From a virus: a stretch of 41,916 bases of DNA. Each line of letters opens with the position of its first letter. Positions within the stretch are counted from its first letter, which is position 1. Made by a program: the position numbers and the translations under genes. The stretch lies in the UHGV virus genome UHGV-0385690; one strand, given 5' to 3'. Below, in pieces: positions 17,044 to 25,671 of this stretch. The notes beneath the pieces were generated by a model. That model was given only the letters and a program-made list of their open reading frames with translations, made no database searches and was not told the DNA's origin.

Positions 17044-17609
17044 TCCTCTGCCTCCTTATATGACTTCGGCAATGGCATCCAGGCCAACACGTCCAGTTTT
17101 TCCCACCCATCAGTAAATGATGTTCCATTCCAAAATGCTCTAATCACACAGTCTGTATTTTTGACAGACACTAAATATAGTTCTAATGGCTTGTTATCAT
17201 ATAGCGGATTTTCTTTCGGTTTTTCCGGCATCCGCTCTTTTACGGGAGTCCACTTATGTATCAGCCCTTCTATTCCCTTCGGATTCACACCCGTATTCTC
17301 ATAATCCATAAGTGTTTCCCGTAGGTCTGCCATTGCCCACATAAGGCGGTATACCAATGCAGTGCGCCCATTTGGGTCATTGATGCTATATTGCAGGTCA
17401 TCCATGAGGATGTCAGCCAATGCTTCATTATCATCCGGCAGTTTGCTTGCCCCCTCTGCCTCGCTGAATCTGCGGATGAAGTCCCGCAGATCCATGTCTG
17501 AATCATAATCCCTGTACCATGCCCACCTGTCCTTTGCATACATGCAGTTATGTGCCAGCTCTACCATGTTCATTTCACTGGCAGGCTTTTCCGTCGTCAT
17601 TCTTTTCAT
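17040..17609 (-). CDS. DUF551-containing phage protein
   Basis: C-terminal HKWTPVKERMPEK...YLVSV...AFWNG...WMPLPKSYK matches the DUF551 pattern W.pv.e.LPe...vLv...a.w....W..hWMPLP. Start at 17609 with a GGAGGCAGAGGG RBS. Confidence 0.5.
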   Translation of the reverse strand: MKRMTTEKPASEMNMVELAHNCMYAKDRWAWYRDYDSDMDLRDFIRRFSEAEGASKLPDDNEALADILMDDLQYSINDPNGRTALVYRLMWAMADLRETLMDYENTGVNPKGIEGLIHKWTPVKERMPEKPKENPLYDNKPLELYLVSVKNTDCVIRAFWNGTSFTDGWEKLDVLAWMPLPKSYKEAEE

Positions 17610-17623
17610 CCCTCTGCCTCCGT

Positions 17624-17989
17624 TCAATTCTTTAACCACACCTTTTCGGCATCCAGAACACAGTAACATCCAGCCTTTATGTTTCTATCCTTAATCCATT
17701 TTTCTATTACTTCATTCAATTCATTATCCAGGGCCGCCTCGTCCTCGGATGACACATCAAAACCATCGGCAGCGTCTCCGCATTGTTCATACAAATTCTC
17801 GCTGATAGCCTCAATAACGTCGCTGGCTGATATTCCTGGCCACTCCAGCGTGCATTCCGTGCATGTGCCTATGTATACATATGGCGCGTTTGGCCCCTCC
17901 TCTTTTGCTGCTTTTATAGCCTCTTCTTCCGAATCAAAACTACCTCTGAAATTCTCTTCATTCCAGCTGTAACACCATTTATCCTTCAT
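17624..17989 (-). CDS. hypothetical acidic early protein
   Basis: ORF with a GAAGGAGGAAA RBS. Confidence 0.4.
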   Translation of the reverse strand: MKDKWCYSWNEENFRGSFDSEEEAIKAAKEEGPNAPYVYIGTCTECTLEWPGISASDVIEAISENLYEQCGDAADGFDVSSEDEAALDNELNEVIEKWIKDRNIKAGCYCVLDAEKVWLKN

Positions 17990-18342
17990 GAATCGTTTTC
18001 CTCCTTCAGTCCTTTGTATGATTCTATCCATTTGGGCTCTATACAAAAACATCCTTCATGTTCATATTCATTTGATTCCCAGGCCGCTTCAAATCCTTCC
18101 CGGTCGTCAATAAATACCCCTGTCATACTATCCTGCTCCATCATATAGGCAAGTTCTTTATTCTTGCTTCTATCACACAGGCCAAGGAAAACATATTCTC
18201 CTTCCATGGCTGTGCTTTCGACAACATAGGCATTCTCTCCGTCCATATATTCAGCTATACTTTTCCATAACTCATAATCGGAATCTTCTGGATTATTTTC
18301 ATCAAACATGTGAGCTGTAGCCAGTTTTGCAATCTTTATCAT
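17986..18342 (-). CDS. hypothetical acidic early protein (118 aa)
   Basis: ORF with an ATGA overlap with its neighbour. Confidence 0.45.
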   Translation of the reverse strand: MIKIAKLATAHMFDENNPEDSDYELWKSIAEYMDGENAYVVESTAMEGEYVFLGLCDRSKNKELAYMMEQDSMTGVFIDDREGFEAAWESNEYEHEGCFCIEPKWIESYKGLKEENDS

Positions 18343-19421
18343 TCCTCTGCCACTCCCATTCGTTTAAACTGCCTATTTATACCACTTCTTGGGGCTCCAC
18401 CGTACAATCCAACGTTGTTTCGTTCTGTCGCCACCATCAATATATCCTGCAAAACAAGCAACTCATCTTCTGCAATACAACTCGCAACCAACATTAATTC
18501 CCTTAATGTGTATATGGCCCATTCCCTGGTAGACCATTCCTGTTTTTCCTCTTCTGACGGTTCCGGCTGATTCATAGCTGTATCTGTAAATCCTGTAGCG
18601 GTCATTTCTGCATTTTCTGCTGCTTTCTCTGCCTGTATCCCAGCCTGTGCAGCTGCAATTTGCGCATGTTCCGCCCGCTTTGCGGCCTTTTCAGCACGTT
18701 CTGCGGCCTTCTGAGCCTCCCTGATATCCTGCTTCTCTTTGACACGTTCTGAAATTTCTTTGTGGCGGACTTCCTTCCCCTCTGCCGCAGCAGCGGCAAT
18801 TTCCTTTTGTTCCTCTGCCGGAAGTTTTGCAGTCTCATATGCAGCAGTTTTTCCTATTGTTCCTGCCTTAAACTGTTCCTTTGCCTCTGGCACCAAGCCA
18901 TTGTTTATTTTATCCATCCTTGCCACCTGGGTCTTGCTGGTCTTAAGGATATCCGCAACAATATCCCGCATTTTTCCCTTTATAATTATCCCATCTTCTT
19001 CTCTGGCCCGTATAAGGGCCGCTTTCAAACGAGCAGCTTGCTCTGTTTCTTCATATGGGGTAAGTTTGCGGTTAAAGGCATTTCCAATAATAAGGGACAA
19101 CTCAAATAGGGCAGATGTCATTTCTTTATAGAGGTATCTCGCCTTGTAGTCCCTGGGAAGCGCCCCGCATTCTATGTTATGTATATTGGCGAGATTCCTT
19201 CTATGGCCGCTTATAATTTTGTACACGCCATCTACCTGTCCAAGTACAGTCGGCTGCTGTTGTCCTACCGTAAGCATAGAATCTGCCAGCTCCTCGATAT
19301 TCTCCTGACTATAAAAATTGCTTTCTGATGGTTCCACCTCATAAGGACTCAAATAAATTTCCTTAAAATCCGGATCTGACGGTTCCACGGTATTTAATAG
19401 TTCTTTAAATGACCACGACAT
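18339..19421 (-). CDS. ParB/Srx-domain protein with a long Ala/Glu/Lys-rich coiled-coil
   Basis: VLGQVDGVYKIISGHRRNLA (ParB N-terminal GxxRxxA-type motif) followed by a helical KAAERAEKAAKRAEHAQIAAAQ region. Confidence 0.6.
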   Translation of the reverse strand: MSWSFKELLNTVEPSDPDFKEIYLSPYEVEPSESNFYSQENIEELADSMLTVGQQQPTVLGQVDGVYKIISGHRRNLANIHNIECGALPRDYKARYLYKEMTSALFELSLIIGNAFNRKLTPYEETEQAARLKAALIRAREEDGIIIKGKMRDIVADILKTSKTQVARMDKINNGLVPEAKEQFKAGTIGKTAAYETAKLPAEEQKEIAAAAAEGKEVRHKEISERVKEKQDIREAQKAAERAEKAAKRAEHAQIAAAQAGIQAEKAAENAEMTATGFTDTAMNQPEPSEEEKQEWSTREWAIYTLRELMLVASCIAEDELLVLQDILMVATERNNVGLYGGAPRSGINRQFKRMGVAEE

Positions 19422-19431
19422 TGTTCCCCTC

Positions 19432-19746
19432 CTATAGATAGCTTTCTCCAAAACGCAACCTGAATTCACTCCTTGCCATTTCTTCTGTTAACCCACAGGC
19501 AACTTCATGTTTTTCCCATGCAAGCTGTCCGGCTATTTTGGATAGTTTCTCAGCCATTGGGTTCTCATGTATGCGTTCAAGGACATCCCCCATGTTATGG
19601 CATTTATTGCAGCACGGAATTTTTATTCCATCATCCTCTGCCTTATCACGGTTCCCTTTCCCCCATATAAGATGATGTTGTGCTTCTGTCGGCTTCCCGC
19701 AAAACACGCAATAATCGTTATACTCTGTCACAATGCCCTTGCTCAC
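19432..19746 (-). CDS. HNH-type zinc-finger nuclease (GTG start)
   Basis: C-x2-C ... HH ... N ... C-C-N-K-C-H, seen as CVFCGK..AQHHLIWGKGN..IPCCNKCHN. An AGGAGG RBS lies 7 nt before the GTG. Confidence 0.55.
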   Translation of the reverse strand: MSKGIVTEYNDYCVFCGKPTEAQHHLIWGKGNRDKAEDDGIKIPCCNKCHNMGDVLERIHENPMAEKLSKIAGQLAWEKHEVACGLTEEMARSEFRLRFGESYL

Positions 19747-20542
19747 AGGTTATCCTCCTATATTCTTCAACAAATTTTCGATAACTGACTGCTGCCGCAC
19801 TTCTTGGGCTGTATTCCTCCAGCGGCTTCCCCACCATTATGCTTTCAGCCACTTTTTCGCTGTACCGTATTTTTTCCTTAAACATCTTATATCCCTGGTC
19901 CTGTAACCATTCAACACCAGCTACATTAGTATCGTTATTACGATACATTGTGACCAGGATTCCAAGTAGTTTTATTCCCGAGTTTCGCTCCCTGCATTCT
20001 GATATTTGGTTCTTGATAGTTTCCAGTCCATCTAACGCCCACTGGTCCAGTTTCACCGGCACAATTACATCATCAGTGACCATTAGTGCATTTATTACAT
20101 TAATCCCCATATCTGGAGGATTATCTATAATAATATAATCGTATGGCTTTCCATCCTCTGTCCTGGCATTATGCAATGTCTCAAACTGCCCCACTTTCTC
20201 CCCTAATTTACCCATCAACTGGTATGTGGACGTCAGCAGGGACATATTGGCATTCACCACCCCCAGGCCCGGCTCATCCGTAAATCTCATGATTTTATTC
20301 ACATCCCGCCCTGCCAGAAGCTGGGCCGTGCCGCACATATGGTCCTCTGCATGATACCTTCCCATGGCTTGGCTCAGATTCCCCTGCTTATCATTGTCCA
20401 CCAGCAATACGCTCTGTCCGTATCTATGGTGCAATATGTATCCCATTTCAAGGGCTGTCATGGTTTTTCCAACTCCACCCTTTAAATTGATTATGCTTAT
20501 AATCCTCACTATCTTCCTCCTAAAATACATGTGGATCTCCAC
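19718..20542 (-). CDS. parA: ParA/Soj-family partition ATPase
   Basis: Deviant Walker A IISIINLKGGVGKT and ParA-like length. Confidence 0.8.
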   Translation of the reverse strand: MEIHMYFRRKIVRIISIINLKGGVGKTMTALEMGYILHHRYGQSVLLVDNDKQGNLSQAMGRYHAEDHMCGTAQLLAGRDVNKIMRFTDEPGLGVVNANMSLLTSTYQLMGKLGEKVGQFETLHNARTEDGKPYDYIIIDNPPDMGINVINALMVTDDVIVPVKLDQWALDGLETIKNQISECRERNSGIKLLGILVTMYRNNDTNVAGVEWLQDQGYKMFKEKIRYSEKVAESIMVGKPLEEYSPRSAAAVSYRKFVEEYRRITCEQGHCDRV

Positions 20543-20813
20543 ACGGTCTTATATCCATTCCGCGTTTCTCCGCTATCTCCTCTAAGCATTTCTTGCGCCA
20601 TTGATGCCCTATCGTTGCTGACTGTATTTCATAATCGCGCGCTTTCAGTGACACAATTCTAAGGTCTCTCATTAATTTCTCAAATTCACCTGGATATATG
20701 GTGGCATCCGCCTCTAAAATTCGTTGTACGTCAAAAGGTGAATACCCAACTCTGGCACACACTTCTCTTTCGCTCATTTCAAAGCATTCGGCTAACTCAT
20801 GCAATACGCTCAT
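20520..20813 (-). CDS. hypothetical protein with a possible HTH
   Basis: ORF of 97 aa. Confidence 0.4.
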   Translation of the reverse strand: MSVLHELAECFEMSEREVCARVGYSPFDVQRILEADATIYPGEFEKLMRDLRIVSLKARDYEIQSATIGHQWRKKCLEEIAEKRGMDIRPCGDPHVF

Positions 20814-21376
20814 TTTTTCTCCTCACACTTCTTTATTGCCCGGATGACCGTCGCACTGCTACAGCCTAACATACGCGCTATCTCGTTCACTCCGCGGCCA
20901 GATGCTCTCAGCTTGGCAATTTCTATGTGTCTTGCATTGATTTTGTCCTTTTTTTGCTTTGCACATCGGACAACATTGGCAACCGCCTGCTGACTATATC
21001 CAGTCTTTTCTGCTATTTCAGCATTACTCAGGCCGCGATATGCCAAATTCATTATCTTTTTCCTCCGCTCTTCCATCCTTTCTTCCTCGTTCGGCATATG
21101 TATATCCGTCCGAAGTTTTGGGCGCCTTTTCACATTATAAAGAAGCGCTTCCTGGAGTGTCATGCTCCGCTGCATCCTTCCAAGCTGTAGAGTGATGATG
21201 TTTTTATAGATTCCAGTAATTAACATTCGTCTCTTGACCATCCTGGATCCTCCTATCCCATCGCTTCTTGAGACTGATTCATAATATATAAGCTGGTCTC
21301 CTATCTTAAGAGATTTTCTGTATGCCTCTAATTCATCCCTTTTTATCGGGTTTTTTGTTTCAATTCCCATATTCAT
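20810..21376 (-). CDS. DNA-binding regulator with two sigma-70 region-4/LuxR-like HTH motifs
   Basis: LAYRGLSNAEIAEKTGYSQQAVANVV and LRASGRGVNEIARMLGCSSATVIRAI. Confidence 0.5.
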   Translation of the reverse strand: MNMGIETKNPIKRDELEAYRKSLKIGDQLIYYESVSRSDGIGGSRMVKRRMLITGIYKNIITLQLGRMQRSMTLQEALLYNVKRRPKLRTDIHMPNEEERMEERRKKIMNLAYRGLSNAEIAEKTGYSQQAVANVVRCAKQKKDKINARHIEIAKLRASGRGVNEIARMLGCSSATVIRAIKKCEEKK

Positions 21377-21424
21377 CCCTCAATTTGTTTGACATATGCA
21401 TGCATTTCAGTTATACTATGGATG

Positions 21425-21498
21425 ACGTGTTTGCTTCTTTGGTTTAGGAACGGATTAGCCACCGTTCCACCGGCCGATTTTATTCGGCCGGTTTTTTA
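21425..21498 (+). ncRNA. candidate small antisense RNA (promoter, two hairpins, intrinsic terminator)
   Basis: TTGACA (21389..21394), 17 nt, TATACT (21412..21417). Hairpin ggaacgg-n8-ccgttcc (21447..21468). Hairpin ccggccga-n6-tcggccgg (21470..21491) followed by ttttttatt. Antisense to the 5' leader of the tandem-HTH regulator gene. Confidence 0.45.
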
Positions 21499-21650
21499 TT
21501 GCACCGGCCTACTGGCTGGATAAGCACCGGCTTATATCCGATTCCCTCGATTGCTGTATAATTCCGATTTTTCATCTTCCGGCAATCACACTTCTCTCCC
21601 GGGTCCAATGCTCCCCCGCAGTATTCACACGTTCTAAACTGTCTTGCCAT
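21480..21650 (-). CDS. zinc-ribbon small protein
   Basis: MARQFRTCEYCGGALDPGEKCDCRK..., GGAGGAAGG RBS. Confidence 0.4.
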   Translation of the reverse strand: MARQFRTCEYCGGALDPGEKCDCRKMKNRNYTAIEGIGYKPVLIQPVGRCNKKPAE

Positions 21651-21655
21651 ATTTC

Positions 21656-21931
21656 TTACCTTCCTCCGTACATCACCAAGTACATGATGACCATTGTTGC
21701 AAATCCAAGCAGGTACAAGAAGGCCGCCGACCAACATTTATAATGTTCTCTTTCTTTCCTGGCCTTCCTGCACTCATATCTCCAATATTCTTCTCCCACT
21801 GCACGGCCTCCTTCATTCTTCGCTTCTCTTATACTCATAATAGATTTCCTCCATGGTATTCGGCGTAAAAAACATCTCACGGTTATAGTAGCCTCCAATC
21901 CACATGAATACCTCCAGTGCTTCTCCTTCAT
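21656..21931 (-). CDS. small protein with a C-terminal TM helix
   Basis: ORF. Start ambiguous. Confidence 0.3.
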   Translation of the reverse strand: MKEKHWRYSCGLEATITVRCFLRRIPWRKSIMSIREAKNEGGRAVGEEYWRYECRKARKEREHYKCWSAAFLYLLGFATMVIMYLVMYGGR

Positions 21932-22124
21932 ACCATTCCCCAGCTAAGAAAAATGTCTGGAAAACTCTCTTGTTTCCTTTCATACTCCACGGCGATATCC
22001 TTATTTTTATCTGGCCGGACTGGAAGTAATAGCCATATTCATCTTCCTTCATTAACTTCCTGGTCCCCAGGAGCTGCATTGCCAGCTCTTCGGCCTTTTT
22101 CTTTGTGACCTTTCCTGTTCTCAT
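21813..22124 (-). CDS. hypothetical early protein
   Basis: MRTGKVTKKKAEELAMQLLG..., RBS GGAAAGGAAAG. Confidence 0.4.
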   Translation of the reverse strand: MRTGKVTKKKAEELAMQLLGTRKLMKEDEYGYYFQSGQIKIRISPWSMKGNKRVFQTFFLAGEWYEGEALEVFMWIGGYYNREMFFTPNTMEEIYYEYKRSEE

Positions 22125-22225
22125 GGTTCTTTCCTTTCCGATTCTTGTTTTTCTCCCCTCCCGTCCTATAATGTACTTGCAGGCCCCCGCCAGGGCCAAG
22201 TACACATATAACAAGGAGAGATTTC

Positions 22226-22555
22226 ATGAAACACTTTAACCACATGTTTACTGATGATGATATTTTAACTCTTACATGTACTCTTACAGCCCTTCCCCTC
22301 ATACATATGGACGGCGTATCAGAAACTCAGCAATCAATAAATGACTCCTGCTGCAAAAGCGCCCTTGAGAAATTAATAAATCATCAGACTGACATTATCC
22401 CCAATGAGACTAAAGTCATTGCCGTTTCTCTCATAGCTGCCGATATGGTTCTAAAAGGAGATCTGGAGGTTGATAGCTCCATCCGTGAACTATTCGTCCC
22501 CTACCGCTTTTCTATTAACCGTCTCCGTCCTATATTTGAAGAAATCTTTATTTAG
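22226..22555 (+). CDS. hypothetical protein encoded opposite to the surrounding operon (moron-like)
   Basis: AAGGAGAG RBS 7 nt upstream. A candidate own promoter TTGTTT-n16-TATAAT lies at 22150..22175. Confidence 0.5.
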   Translation: MKHFNHMFTDDDILTLTCTLTALPLIHMDGVSETQQSINDSCCKSALEKLINHQTDIIPNETKVIAVSLIAADMVLKGDLEVDSSIRELFVPYRFSINRLRPIFEEIFI

Positions 22556-22714
22556 ATAGTCGAAACGAATTTCTATATTATTTTTGTGTAAATCTGCCGT
22601 CATTAGCTGCTTTAACCTTTTGGCGGCTTCTTCTGTTTTCCTATTCACATTCTCCCTTGCTGTCTCTTTGTAGCGTTTTGATTCTATTACCATGCTGCTT
22701 CTCCTCTCTTCCAT
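22490..22714 (-). CDS. small basic protein (start uncertain, convergent overlap with the plus-strand gene)
   Basis: ORF only. Confidence 0.25.
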   Translation of the reverse strand: MEERRSSMVIESKRYKETARENVNRKTEEAAKRLKQLMTADLHKNNIEIRFDYLNKDFFKYRTETVNRKAVGDE

Positions 22715-22919
22715 AGTTTCAGAATGATTTTTCTTTATAATTAATTACCACATGTTGAGCATTACCCTTATCTGCTTGCTGGTAGATATTTATGGATATC
22801 TGCTTTGTTATGGTACATCCCGACAGGAGCAAAGACATTAATATGCTCACAAGCAATACGACCATCTTCCTCTTCATACTTTACCTTCAAATTTTTCTAT
22901 GGTAATATCTTGTTGATTG

Positions 22920-23177
22920 TTACACAATTTTTCGTCTTGGTATCAGATTTACAGGCTGTTTCACATGATGTTCTACGCTCTCTTTACCATTTACCATTTC
23001 AATCAGCAGGTCCAGGTTTACTAATCTTGTTTTCCCTGTTTTCCCGGCCTTGATATGCGGTATCTTCCCCTCCAGTACCCATGTCCTAAGAGTGCAATAT
23101 GTAAGTTTAGTTTCTGGATCCTCCTGCTTGAAGTAATCAGCACATTCTTTTATTGTCCTCATTCTTGGAACTGACAT
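22920..23177 (-). CDS. excisionase/MerR-like HTH protein (Xis or Cro-like)
   Basis: MSVPRMRTIKECADYFKQEDPETKLTYCTLRTWVLEGKIPHIKAGKTGKTRLVNLDLL matches the Xis-type winged-helix pattern. Confidence 0.55.
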   Translation of the reverse strand: MSVPRMRTIKECADYFKQEDPETKLTYCTLRTWVLEGKIPHIKAGKTGKTRLVNLDLLIEMVNGKESVEHHVKQPVNLIPRRKIV

Positions 23178-23193
23178 TTTTGTCTCCTTTCTG

Positions 23194-23367
23194 TTACTAT
23201 GCTGAACGCGGCTCTTTGTCTTCTCTCTTTGCCTCTCGGTCCAGTCTCTCTTTAGCTTCCAAAGCATCTGTTGCAGCCTTCACGATAATAAGCGTGCTCA
23301 TGTCCATTTGCTTCATCTTTTTTACTATCCCTACTATCACGCTCTCTTTGAGTGATTCTGATGACAT
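23194..23367 (-). CDS. 57-aa first gene of the leftward early transcript (Cro-position)
   Basis: MSSESLKESVIVGIVKKMKQMDMSTLIIVKAATDALEAKERLDREAKREDKEPRSA, with GGAGGTGAA-type RBS context. Confidence 0.3.
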
Positions 23368-23407
23368 GTATTTCACCTCCTTTGTTCTTTTCGTTATCTT
23401 TGATTAC

Positions 23408-23436
23408 ATTATAGTGTTCAAAGATTACTTTGTCAA
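23408..23436 (-). promoter_or_regulatory. leftward early promoter: TTGACA (23436..23431), 17 nt, TATAAT (23413..23408)
   Basis: Perfect sigma-70 consensus on the minus strand. It overlaps a palindrome ATCTTTGA-n14-TCAAAGAT (23396..23425) and GATTAC motifs. Confidence 0.6.
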
Positions 23437-23466
23437 GGTTTTTTTGTAATCTCTGATAACTTTTTT

Positions 23467-23495
23467 ATTGACTCTATAACGCATACGTGCTATTA
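23467..23495 (+). promoter_or_regulatory. rightward promoter for the repressor gene: TTGACT, 17 nt, TATTAT
   Basis: Read directly. AGGAGGTGA RBS, then ATG at 23516. Confidence 0.55.
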
Positions 23496-23515
23496 TCATG
23501 TCAGGAGGTGAATTT

Positions 23516-24038
23516 AATGATTGAAAATGAGCGTATAAAAGAAATTAGGAAATCGCTTAAAATGACTATGGAAAGATTTGGTGAAAGACTTGGTGTTACA
23601 AAAACTGCCATATCTAATATTGAAAAGTCGAACCGTAATGTAACAGAACAGATGCGCAAGGCAATCTGCCGAGAATTTAACGTAAATGAGGAATGGCTTC
23701 GGACCGGCAATGGGGAAATGTTCGTCCAGTTATCGCAAGATGACGAGACAGCACATATTGTTCAGGATATGCTGGGCAGTAATACAGGAAGTTTTTATAA
23801 TATCATCTTAGAAATTGCCAAGAGTTACAAAAAGCTTAGCCCTACTTCTCAAAAAGCATTAAATGAGTTGGCAGACAATTTATTGGCTGGTTTGGTTAAC
23901 AAAGAAGAGAAAGATGAATCCGAAATGACGTTTGATGAATTGATTGCTGAATGCCCAAAAACTCCAGAAGAGCTCGAACGTTTATATCCGCCAGTCAATA
24001 TCAAGCCTAAGGTTGTCAGTAAGCCTAAGGTTATTTAA
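23516..24038 (+). CDS. XRE-family HTH transcriptional repressor (CI-like)
   Basis: IKEIRKSLKMTMERFGERLGVTKTAISNIEKSNRNVT is a canonical HTH_XRE. Divergent from the early operon. Confidence 0.75.
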
Positions 24039-24300
24039 CAAAACACCCAAAATTCCGAAGGAAAATTTGGTACTGAGTTTAGAACAGCATTATTTTTTGT
24101 GTCGTTCCTGAGAAGTCTAAATTATAGTAGATAGTATGTAAACTGCGATAGTATATTGCGTATATAGTCTTTCTTTTATAATAAATGTACTTCTTACTCA
24201 ACATAATAACCACAACCTTTCTTGTCGGAAGATTGGGTGCAAATATGATTATATTACTGTAAGCATTTGGAGGAACTGGTAATTTATTCCAGTTTAAACA

Positions 24301-25521
24301 ATGAGTGAATTATTAATATTATCCATGATATTTTCAATATGCCTTTTTTTCCTTGCAAACAAGAAAAAGGTTAATTCTAATAGTAAATCAGAAGATATTC
24401 TGAATGTGAAAATTAAGCAATTGGAATTAAGCCTTGAAACTTCCCTTACTGAAAACAAAAATCTCGCCGCTCATAAAATGAGATTGCTCAAAGATTTGGA
24501 ATCTCAATTAGAGAAATATAATGCTTTGCTTTCTGATTATAACAAACTAACGTGTGATTTAAATACATATATTGAACATCGTAATGACGATTTGAAAAAT
24601 ATTTTCTCAAACTGTGACCACGCCTTTTCGTATGTTGCAACTTTATATGCAGATTATCTTCTAGTGGATTATGAAAATGCCAGCAAATATCTGTTAAACA
24701 AAAAAAGGCCAGCCACCTCTGAAGGGCTTAGAATAGGAGCCTTAAAACTTCAAACAAAATCTTATTTGGTTGAGCTCAATAAAACAAAATACCAATTAAA
24801 TTATCTGCTAAATTTATATCCAGAACTAGAAGATTTTATTGAATCTGACGATGACGGAGACAGGGAAGAAGCAGCTCGTTCTAACGATAAAATACCTGAT
24901 GATACATGGCGTTCTCTATCTGAATCTCAAAAAAGCCAATTGCTACTTACAAATTACTTAAATCGGCGCAAGAGTAAGTGGGAAATTGGACGTGACTATG
25001 AACTGTATGTTGGTTATAAATATAGTTTGCAAGGTTATTCTGTCGATTATTTTGGTTCCTATAATGGTTTGGAAGATTTAGGGAGAGATTTGATTGTCAA
25101 AAAGAAGGGGGAGACTGGCATTATCCAATGCAAATATTGGTCCTCAAAAAAGCAAATACACGAAAAACACATTGCTCAGCTATATGGAACTGTCGTGAGT
25201 TATATAATAGAGAATAATTATATTCCTTCTTTGGTTCATGGAATCTTTATAACGAATATATCCTTATCTGATACTGCAAAAAAATTTGCAGATTTTTTGG
25301 ATATTAAATATAAAGAAAACTATCCCATTGGTGAATTTCCACGTATCAAATGTAATATTAGCAAGGATGAATATGGTAATGAAACTAAAATATATCATCT
25401 TCCTACTGACCAGCAATATGATAACGTTAAAATAGAGCATACAGGAGAATGCTTTGCCTTTACAGTAGATGAAGCGGAAAAATTAGGTTTTCGTCACGCC
25501 TACAAATGGCATAATAAATGA
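24301..25521 (+). CDS. membrane-anchored coiled-coil protein with a C-terminal Mrr-cat/NERD-like PD-(D/E)xK nuclease domain (candidate defence or abortive-infection gene)
   Basis: N-terminal TM LLILSMIFSICLFFLA, coiled-coil from about aa 30 to 110, and a C-terminal GRDYELYV...GY.V...GLEDLGRDLIVKKKGETGIIQCKYW (D...D-x-K core). Confidence 0.55.
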   Translation: MSELLILSMIFSICLFFLANKKKVNSNSKSEDILNVKIKQLELSLETSLTENKNLAAHKMRLLKDLESQLEKYNALLSDYNKLTCDLNTYIEHRNDDLKNIFSNCDHAFSYVATLYADYLLVDYENASKYLLNKKRPATSEGLRIGALKLQTKSYLVELNKTKYQLNYLLNLYPELEDFIESDDDGDREEAARSNDKIPDDTWRSLSESQKSQLLLTNYLNRRKSKWEIGRDYELYVGYKYSLQGYSVDYFGSYNGLEDLGRDLIVKKKGETGIIQCKYWSSKKQIHEKHIAQLYGTVVSYIIENNYIPSLVHGIFITNISLSDTAKKFADFLDIKYKENYPIGEFPRIKCNISKDEYGNETKIYHLPTDQQYDNVKIEHTGECFAFTVDEAEKLGFRHAYKWHNK

Positions 25522-25621
25522 AACAGAAAACCGTCCCTGCGCCAACAGGAACGGCTTCATGATACTATTGCAGGAATACCCTGTATAATATCGCTCTCAC
25601 AAGCTGTATTATATCATCGGG

Positions 25622-25651
25622 CGCCCATTTCTGCAATGGGCGTAATTTTTT
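25622..25651 (+). terminator. intrinsic terminator-like hairpin (cgcccat-ttctgca-atgggcg followed by taatttttt) between the nuclease gene and int
   Basis: Read directly. Confidence 0.45.
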
Positions 25652-25671
25652 ACCCTTATGGAGGAAATAAT

